Assembly (NCBI GenBank): GCA_910578105.1
Contig: CAJTPD010000011.1
Coordinates: forward strand, 1-24,000
DNA from: an uncultured Odoribacter sp.
GTDB taxonomy: Bacteria; Bacteroidota; Bacteroidia; Bacteroidales; Marinifilaceae
Length of the DNA: 24,000 nt
Direction of reading: 5' to 3'
Part shown: in pieces, positions 17,708 through 24,000 of the stretch
Layout: each line of letters begins with the position of its first letter
Numbering within the stretch: position 1 is the stretch's first letter
Notes under the pieces: model-generated
Database searches by the model: none
The model's input: the letters and a program-made list of their open reading frames with translations, nothing else
Told to the model about the DNA's origin: nothing
Made by a program: the position numbers and the translations under genes

Positions 17708-19339
17708 ATGAATCCAAGTTTTCACATCATAGATTTTGTCATATTAGGCATCTATGCTATTTTATTAGTTGGTGTTGGTCTGTGGGTTTCCCGTACCAAA
17801 AAAGGACAAACCAAAACCGCTGAAGATTACTTTTTGGCCAGTAAAGCATTACCGTGGTGGGCCATCGGTTCATCCTTAATAGCAGCCAATATTTCAGCAG
17901 AACAATTCATTGGTATGTCCGGTTCCGGATTTGCAGGGGGATTAGCCATCGCTTCTTACGAATTTATGGCAGCTCTGACCCTCATCATTGTCGGTAAATT
18001 TTTCTTGCCTGTTTTCATCAAACAAGGCATCTATACTATTCCGGAATTCGTTGAAAAACGTTTTTCCACCAACCTGAAAACTATTCTGGCTGTCTTTTGG
18101 ATTGCCTTATTCCTTTTCGTAAATCTAACTTCGGTATTATATCTTGGAGGTAAAGCTATCGATACAATTATCGGTACAGGTGACGGAAGTATGATTATCC
18201 CGGCTATTATAGCATTAGCCCTGTTTGCTGCAGCATATTCATTGTATGGCGGCCTTTCTGCAGTAGCCTGGACTGATGTTATTCAAGTAGCACTTTTAGT
18301 TATCGGAGGTATTATTACAACCTTAGTCGCCTTACATTATGTCACTCCGGAGGGAGGTATCATGAATGGAATTTCTCATATAGCAAATGTTGCTGGTGAC
18401 AAATTCGATATGGTACTTTCCAGGGACCACAAAGAATACAACAACCTGCCCGGCATCTATGTGCTGATTGGCGGACTCTGGGTGGCAAACCTGTACTATT
18501 GGGGATTCAACCAATACATCATTCAACGGACACTGGCAGCCAAATCATTAAAAGAAGCCCAAAGAGGTATTGCATTCGCAGCTTTCCTGAAAATGTTAAT
18601 TCCTTTCATTGTTGCTATACCCGGAATTGTAGCCTACGTGATGTACACCGAAAATTTACATGAAGCAAAAAATGCATTCGAAATTGCCGGTTCTACAGCA
18701 TTAAATAATGACAATGCTTATCCCTGGTTAATCAGTACCTTTATTCCTGTTGGCATCAAAGGATTGGTTCTGGCCGCATTAGCCGCAGCCATTGTATCTT
18801 CATTAGCTTCCATGCTGAATTCTACATCTACCATCTTTACCATGGATATTTATAAACCTTATATCAACCAAGCTGCTTCGCAAACCAAATTAGTGAATGT
18901 CGGCCGTTTAACCGCCGGAGTAGCCTTGGTTATTGCTGTGCTACTGGCTCCGCTTCTAGGGGGTATCGACCAGATGTTCCAATATATTCAGGAATATACC
19001 GGATTGGTTAGTCCGGGTATTCTGGCGGTATTTCTCATGGGATTATTCTGGAAGAAAGCAACCAACAAAGGGGCCATCTGGGGGGTATTATGCTCAATTC
19101 CTATTGCTTTAATTTTCAAATTATTACCATTTGAAATGCCTTTTATGGACCAAATGTTTTACACTTGCATTCTCACCATTGTCATTATTTTCATGGTTAG
19201 TTTAAGCAGTTGTCCGACAGATGATGACCCGAAAGCCATCAAATTAACCTCAGATATGTTTAAAACAGATAAAGTTTTCAATATCTGTGCCTATATCATT
19301 TGCATCTTATTAGCTGTAATCTACACGGTATTCTTTTAA
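17708..19339 (+). CDS. Sodium:solute symporter family (SSS) transporter, SGLT-like
   Basis: 543 aa multi-pass protein; AEDYFLASKALPWWAIGSSLIAANISAEQFIGMSGSGFAGGLAIASYE; 21 bp after galK. Confidence 0.9.
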   Translation: MNPSFHIIDFVILGIYAILLVGVGLWVSRTKKGQTKTAEDYFLASKALPWWAIGSSLIAANISAEQFIGMSGSGFAGGLAIASYEFMAALTLIIVGKFFLPVFIKQGIYTIPEFVEKRFSTNLKTILAVFWIALFLFVNLTSVLYLGGKAIDTIIGTGDGSMIIPAIIALALFAAAYSLYGGLSAVAWTDVIQVALLVIGGIITTLVALHYVTPEGGIMNGISHIANVAGDKFDMVLSRDHKEYNNLPGIYVLIGGLWVANLYYWGFNQYIIQRTLAAKSLKEAQRGIAFAAFLKMLIPFIVAIPGIVAYVMYTENLHEAKNAFEIAGSTALNNDNAYPWLISTFIPVGIKGLVLAALAAAIVSSLASMLNSTSTIFTMDIYKPYINQAASQTKLVNVGRLTAGVALVIAVLLAPLLGGIDQMFQYIQEYTGLVSPGILAVFLMGLFWKKATNKGAIWGVLCSIPIALIFKLLPFEMPFMDQMFYTCILTIVIIFMVSLSSCPTDDDPKAIKLTSDMFKTDKVFNICAYIICILLAVIYTVFF

Positions 19340-19367
19340 AATAAAGTGTTGGGATTGAACAGCTCAA

Positions 19368-19402
19368 AAAAAACGGAGTTCAAAATCTGAACTCCGTTTT
19401 TT
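19368..19402. terminator. Bidirectional terminator between symporter and sigma factor genes
   Basis: aaaaaacggagttca(aaatc)tgaactccgtttttt, perfect 15-bp stem with A/T tracts on both flanks, between convergent genes. Confidence 0.9.
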
Positions 19403-19438
19403 ATTATAATCAGCACATGAACATAAACTTTCCGGAAA

Positions 19439-20308
19439 TTATAAATAATTTTTCAACCGCTTAGTATTTTTCATTTCTTTCAATTTACGGATTGCTTTGG
19501 ACTTTACCTGTCTGACCCTTTCGCTAGTCAACCCCAGTTTTGTTCCAATCTCTTCCAGAGACATGGCGGAATACTCTTTTAAACCGTAATACATATTTAA
19601 AATAGAAGCTTCCCGTTCGGAAAGAATAGCAAAAGAACGTTCTATATCCTTTCTCAACGAATCCAGATTCAACAACGCCTCCGGTCCTTGAATAGCCGGC
19701 TCTGTAGCAATATAAATTTCATATAATGAAGTAGATTCCTCGTCCGTTGTCAATGGAGCGTCCATTGAAACCGGTTTACTGGCAATTTTCAGATTTTCCT
19801 TCACCTCCGCCGGCGTTATGTCCATTTTCTCTGCAATTTCATCCTCTGTCGGTTCCCGCTGAAATTCCTGTTCTAAAACAGTATAACAACGATTCACTTT
19901 ATTAATTGTACTAATTTTATTTAACGGCAAACGGATCAAACGGGCATTCTCAGCAATAGCTTGTAAAATAGATTGCCGGATCCACCATACTGCATAAGAA
20001 ATAAACTTGAAACCCTTGGTTTCATCAAAACATTCTGCCGCTTTTATCAATCCCAGATTACCTTCATTTATCAGATCCCCAAGAGTCAACCCATGATTTT
20101 GATATTGTTTCGCAACAGATACAACAAAACGTAAATTACTTAAAACCAATTTTTCACGTGCAATTTTATCCCCTGTCCGGATTTTTTTGGCCAAATCAGC
20201 TTCTTCTTCAGGTGATAAAACATGAATTTTGCCTATCTCCTGAAGGTATTTTTCCATGGCATATGATTCACGCCCGGTAATCTGCTTTGTTATTTTAAGC
20301 TGCCTCAT
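19439..20308 (-). CDS. rpoD: Primary (RpoD/SigA-type) RNA polymerase sigma factor, short form lacking region 1.1
   Basis: AMEKYLQEIGKI (1.2), LTLGDLINEGNLGLIKAAECFDETKGFKFISYAVWWIRQSI (2), LGLTSERVRQVKSKAIRKLK (4.2). Confidence 0.93.
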   Translation of the reverse strand: MRQLKITKQITGRESYAMEKYLQEIGKIHVLSPEEEADLAKKIRTGDKIAREKLVLSNLRFVVSVAKQYQNHGLTLGDLINEGNLGLIKAAECFDETKGFKFISYAVWWIRQSILQAIAENARLIRLPLNKISTINKVNRCYTVLEQEFQREPTEDEIAEKMDITPAEVKENLKIASKPVSMDAPLTTDEESTSLYEIYIATEPAIQGPEALLNLDSLRKDIERSFAILSEREASILNMYYGLKEYSAMSLEEIGTKLGLTSERVRQVKSKAIRKLKEMKNTKRLKNYL

Positions 20309-20444
20309 ACTCTGGATAGATGTCTCTAAAATTAATTAATTTTTATCAAAAAAACAAATCTTTTGAATATTTCTTTCAACTTCTTTTAATACGATTACAG
20401 AAAACTTTAGTTACAGTACCCCCAAATAAAAAAAGTTACTTTTA

Positions 20445-20475
20445 TTTGGAGTCACAAAAAAATTACCTACTTTTG
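20445..20475 (+). promoter_or_regulatory. Consensus Bacteroidota promoter for rpmH
   Basis: TTTG (20445-20448), 19-nt spacer, TACTTTTG (20468-20475), matching TTTG-N19-TAnnTTTG. Confidence 0.8.
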
Positions 20476-20514
20476 CAGTCCAAAGTGAGAAAATAATAAT
20501 AAAATATAGTTACG

Positions 20515-20673
20515 ATGAAACGGACATTTCAACCCTCAAACACGAAAAGAAGAAACAAACACGGTTTCAGAGCCAGAATGGCCTCTGCAGGAGGAAGAGC
20601 AGTATTAGCCAGAAGAAGAGCAAAAGGAAGAAAAAAACTGACTGTGTCAGATGAACGCAGACACAAAGCATAA
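20515..20673 (+). CDS. rpmH: 50S ribosomal protein L34
   Basis: Translates as [52 protein letters not shown] (52 aa); absent from the supplied ORF track because it is short. Confidence 0.98.
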   Translation: MKRTFQPSNTKRRNKHGFRARMASAGGRAVLARRRAKGRKKLTVSDERRHKA

Positions 20674-20687
20674 TTTCTTAAAAATAT

Positions 20688-20717
20688 AAAAAAGCTGCTT
20701 ACAAAGCAGCTTTTTTT
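20688..20717 (+). terminator. Rho-independent terminator after rpmH
   Basis: aaaaaagctgct(tacaa)agcagctttttttt. Confidence 0.85.
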
Positions 20718-20761
20718 ATATAGAATAATAGCTTAAATTTGCCTGAGCGAAATACAAACAA

Positions 20762-21514
20762 ATGGGAAAAGAGCAAAAAAAAATCAAGGGTATTGAACAA
20801 CTGCTGGCTATGGCTGGAGCCAATCTGAATATCCTGGAAGAGGAAGTGGACATAAAAGTACAGAAAGAATATTTCAGCCTGGCACATAAAATCAGTCAAA
20901 ATTCCCATACCTATTCTAAAATAAAAAAAGAATACCTGGAACACATCAACGACCTTTTTAATGAAGAAACGGATATTGATGTAAAAAAAAGAATGTTGGT
21001 CGTTTTAGCAAATATCGATGATGTTGCTGTGTACCGGACCATTGAGAATCTCTCCCGACAAGAATCCCCCATACAAAAATGGGCCATAATCGCCTTGCAA
21101 CAGTCACGCATGTTGCTACAATCTACGCTTTTAGACGATCCGGGTATTTTCATTTCCACTGGTTTAGGCGGCCATGGACTGCTTTTACGATATTTCTGTG
21201 TCTTTTTTAACCGCATTCCTGGGGAATTACCTGTTTTTCAACAGAATACATTAAAAAACGAACTAAAAACACTCATCTGTAAAGCCCAGGGAACCATTGA
21301 AAATATTGAATTCAAACCGGATTTTACAACAGTGTTGTTGTTATTACCCCTGCAAACAGAGCTTCAGGTTCTTTTTGCCGGCCTTATCGACGAATGTAAC
21401 CTATATGGAAATTTTCTCCATGAAAATATGATTGTGACAAACGTAAAAAAATTGACAGATGAAGAAATTTGTCAACTATTACATCATAATAATCCCCGGG
21501 AAGTTCTTAAATAG
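20762..21514 (+). CDS. Conserved-looking protein of unknown function
   Basis: 250-aa ORF MGKEQKKIKGIEQLLAMAGANLNILEEEVDIKVQKEYFSLAHK..., mostly helical-looking, convergent with the next gene. Confidence 0.7.
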   Translation: MGKEQKKIKGIEQLLAMAGANLNILEEEVDIKVQKEYFSLAHKISQNSHTYSKIKKEYLEHINDLFNEETDIDVKKRMLVVLANIDDVAVYRTIENLSRQESPIQKWAIIALQQSRMLLQSTLLDDPGIFISTGLGGHGLLLRYFCVFFNRIPGELPVFQQNTLKNELKTLICKAQGTIENIEFKPDFTTVLLLLPLQTELQVLFAGLIDECNLYGNFLHENMIVTNVKKLTDEEICQLLHHNNPREVLK

Positions 21515-23570
21515 TTAAACGCAATTGTACCGTTATATCACACAATTTATTTCCTTCTACTTTTGTCACTCCCGAACTCATCTCATCCAACCCTGGATAG
21601 ATAATGAATCCGGTTTTCAGATAACAAGTCAATTTTTTGACGGGCTTCCAGTTTAAATTGAGATAAGTACGAAAGCCTTTTCCCATAAAAGCCGGAAAAG
21701 AATAACCATACAATACATTATTTTCAAAAGCATAAATTCTGGACTGATAAGAATCTGTTTTAAACCAGGCCATACGATACTGTATCTTCAGATTACTTTT
21801 CCGGGAAGAATATATTAAATCCTGATAAACCATATATCCCCATTCTTTTACTACATCTTTATGATAATGAACCATACTGAACCTTGTCCTCAATTCTATC
21901 TGTCTATTAAGGATATAATTCAATTGATAACGGCACTCCCCCTTTTCCCGTTGAACAGAACTTCCTCCTTTTATATCTTCAGGATGCACTTCACATTTAT
22001 ACCTTAAGGTATGTTCAAATTGTTTATGCCGATACCCGGCTTGCGCCAAAAATTCCCATCCGGTGCCGGGTAAAGAAGCCCCATACCGGGGACTAAAAAA
22101 ATGAAACCAGTCACAATAAAGATTAAATTTCAGATTTCTCAAGGGATTCAAATCTACTCCGCAATACACACCTTCCTCATTGGAAGTATTGGAATATTCC
22201 CCGAAACCGGATGCATAATGTGACACATAACGTTTATCATATCTGCGATATAACACACACATAGACATCCAGGACAAACTGGTTCGAAGTCCGTCTACAG
22301 TTGCCCATCCCCCATCTTCACTCCTGGCAGTCTCTCCGAACAGATAAATTCCCTGCCAGGAGGTTTTATAGTCTACACTCACCAACCACCGGTTGGAACC
22401 ATTATCATTGTATTGTTGATAAACACGCTCTCCCGGAATAAGGGCCGGAGAAAAATCATAATACAAAACATTCAGTCCCACTTTACAAACCGCAGTATTC
22501 CAATGAACAGACAACCCGGAAGTTCTTTCTTTTAAAGTATGCTTTTTCTGACATTCTAAATAATTACGGTGATATCCGGATTCATATAGAGATACCGATA
22601 AAAAATCTTCTTCCGACAAAGTATCCGCACGCATCACATTTCCATCGGTTTTCTTCTGAGAAAAAAAACACTCAGCAGTAAGATTTCTCAATAATCCAAT
22701 AGACAAGGCACCCCCTCTCAAATAATTATTTTCATCGGTAGAAGTATAAGGAACTATCCCCTTGGCTGATTTCTCATTCCCAACAGTCATATCCGATTTT
22801 CCGGAAGCAAAACCACCCCATGCAACTAATCCTTGCCCCCATTGAATCCGGTAATCCCCGATAATAAACCGCCGGAGAAAATGTTCTGAAGAAAATGCAA
22901 TATGAGCAGATAAAAAATCAAAACCAGTTTTCTGATAACGGGTAAAATAAGCTTCTCCGGGATCATTCTTCAAAGTAAACCCACCTTGTAAATGATTTCC
23001 GTAATTCAACTTATATTTTATCAATGTTCCCGCCGCCGGTCCGCGAAAACGATTTTCCAATTTCCGTTCGTAATCTTTCTTTTTTTCAAAATCAGCAGGA
23101 AAATATACTTTATATCCCTCCTGCCGGGGGAGACTTGTACGGACTTTCGCCAATACTTCCTGTTTCATTCTTTTATGGATAATCTGCAAACGTTCTCTTC
23201 GCACCTGTTCTCCCAAAGTGATAAAACAAGCTATATTTTCCACATCCTTTTTACTAATTCCCGGCACCCACAATAACTCATTCACATGGATAAAATTGCC
23301 ATACTTCTTCCGGAAAGTCAACATCTGATCAATCTGACTGTCAGATAAAAGAAACAACATTTTCAAAGAATCAAAATCAGCAGTATTCACATTCAACGGA
23401 GAAGAGGACAGTTGAAGCAAGGTATTTACCAGCTCTTCATAATTGTCTTCAGTACTTCCAATATTATTACTCTCAAGTAATTTTTCAATATCAGGGAAAT
23501 CCTGTGCCATACTTATCCAATGAAAACCAGCGACAAACATCAACAATAAAAAAAGATTACTGTATTTCAT
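21507..23570 (-). CDS. Helix-hairpin-helix protein with putative outer-membrane beta-barrel C-terminal region
   Basis: Signal peptide (MKYSNLFLLLMFVAGFHWISMAQD); HHH-like LNVNTADFDSLKMLFLLSDSQIDQMLTFRKKYGNFIHVNELLWVPGISKKDVENI; long alternating aromatic/polar strand-like C-terminus. Confidence 0.75.
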   Translation of the reverse strand: MKYSNLFLLLMFVAGFHWISMAQDFPDIEKLLESNNIGSTEDNYEELVNTLLQLSSSPLNVNTADFDSLKMLFLLSDSQIDQMLTFRKKYGNFIHVNELLWVPGISKKDVENIACFITLGEQVRRERLQIIHKRMKQEVLAKVRTSLPRQEGYKVYFPADFEKKKDYERKLENRFRGPAAGTLIKYKLNYGNHLQGGFTLKNDPGEAYFTRYQKTGFDFLSAHIAFSSEHFLRRFIIGDYRIQWGQGLVAWGGFASGKSDMTVGNEKSAKGIVPYTSTDENNYLRGGALSIGLLRNLTAECFFSQKKTDGNVMRADTLSEEDFLSVSLYESGYHRNYLECQKKHTLKERTSGLSVHWNTAVCKVGLNVLYYDFSPALIPGERVYQQYNDNGSNRWLVSVDYKTSWQGIYLFGETARSEDGGWATVDGLRTSLSWMSMCVLYRRYDKRYVSHYASGFGEYSNTSNEEGVYCGVDLNPLRNLKFNLYCDWFHFFSPRYGASLPGTGWEFLAQAGYRHKQFEHTLRYKCEVHPEDIKGGSSVQREKGECRYQLNYILNRQIELRTRFSMVHYHKDVVKEWGYMVYQDLIYSSRKSNLKIQYRMAWFKTDSYQSRIYAFENNVLYGYSFPAFMGKGFRTYLNLNWKPVKKLTCYLKTGFIIYPGLDEMSSGVTKVEGNKLCDITVQLRLTI

Positions 23571-23693
23571 TGCATGAATTAAAAATTATGTGCTTCGCTG
23601 ACAGGCCGGATTTCGCAACAATCAGACGGCACCCCAAAAACAATTGTTCATCCCGTTTAGAAAAAATACAACCTTATACATACACAACATGAT

Positions 23694-23724
23694 CAAATTT
23701 ACAAAATTTATAGATATTTTCAAA
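23694..23724 (-). promoter_or_regulatory. Bacteroidota-type promoter for the HHH/beta-barrel gene
   Basis: Minus strand TTTG (complement of 23721-23724), 19-nt spacer, TAAATTTG (complement of 23694-23701), about 120 bp upstream of the start codon at 23570. Confidence 0.65.
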
Positions 23725-23906
23725 CTTTAAAACCAATCATTTATCTCCAAAAGTTCAAAAATATTCGGTGGATAGATAAAAATCCATGTTTTGAAAACCA
23801 TCCCGGAGTCCGGTTTTGTAGACACAAGAAAAAGATTGTACGGCCACAAAAGCTCTCACCACCTTCACAAGTTGAAGTCCACCAGATTTAACATTAAAAA
23901 TACAAT

Positions 23907-24000
23907 CTAGTTTGTTTTTAAATCATATTTTACCTCTGCTAATTCTTTATTAGCCTCAACTATTTTTTTCTTCAAGGATGCCTTAAATTCTATCATCTTC
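23907..24000 (-). CDS. C-terminal fragment of a CDS running off the right edge
   Basis: Open minus-strand frame ...KMIEFKASLKKKIVEANKELAEVKYDLKTN*, stop complement at 23907-23909; only about 30 residues visible. Confidence 0.4.
   Translation of the reverse strand, partial: KMIEFKASLKKKIVEANKELAEVKYDLKTN

Overview
24 kb of Bacteroidota-type chromosome (the order Bacteroidales is my inference, from protein style and TTTG/TAnnTTTG promoters). Most of the window is housekeeping: clpP-clpX, pyrE plus a SRPBCC-like gene, a NUDIX hydrolase, an APH-like kinase, a Gln-Leu-Leu-Leu tRNA array, a DUF2723 membrane protein, prfB with its programmed +1 frameshift, an rfaE1-like PfkB kinase, pdxS-pdxT, galM divergent from galK and an SSS symporter, primary sigma factor, rpmH (L34, missing from the ORF track), and a large helix-hairpin-helix/putative beta-barrel protein. 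The first ~2.5 kb looks accessory: an LRR surface lipoprotein and an orphan RES-domain-like protein. The most unusual signal is a tRNA-Gly(UCC)-like sequence at 2467-2571. It carries a ~32-nt hairpin-forming insertion in the D-loop and a decayed anticodon stem, so it may be a pseudo-tRNA or an unusual tRNA-like RNA. I found no convincing complete novel multi-gene system; the candidates are single-locus oddities.
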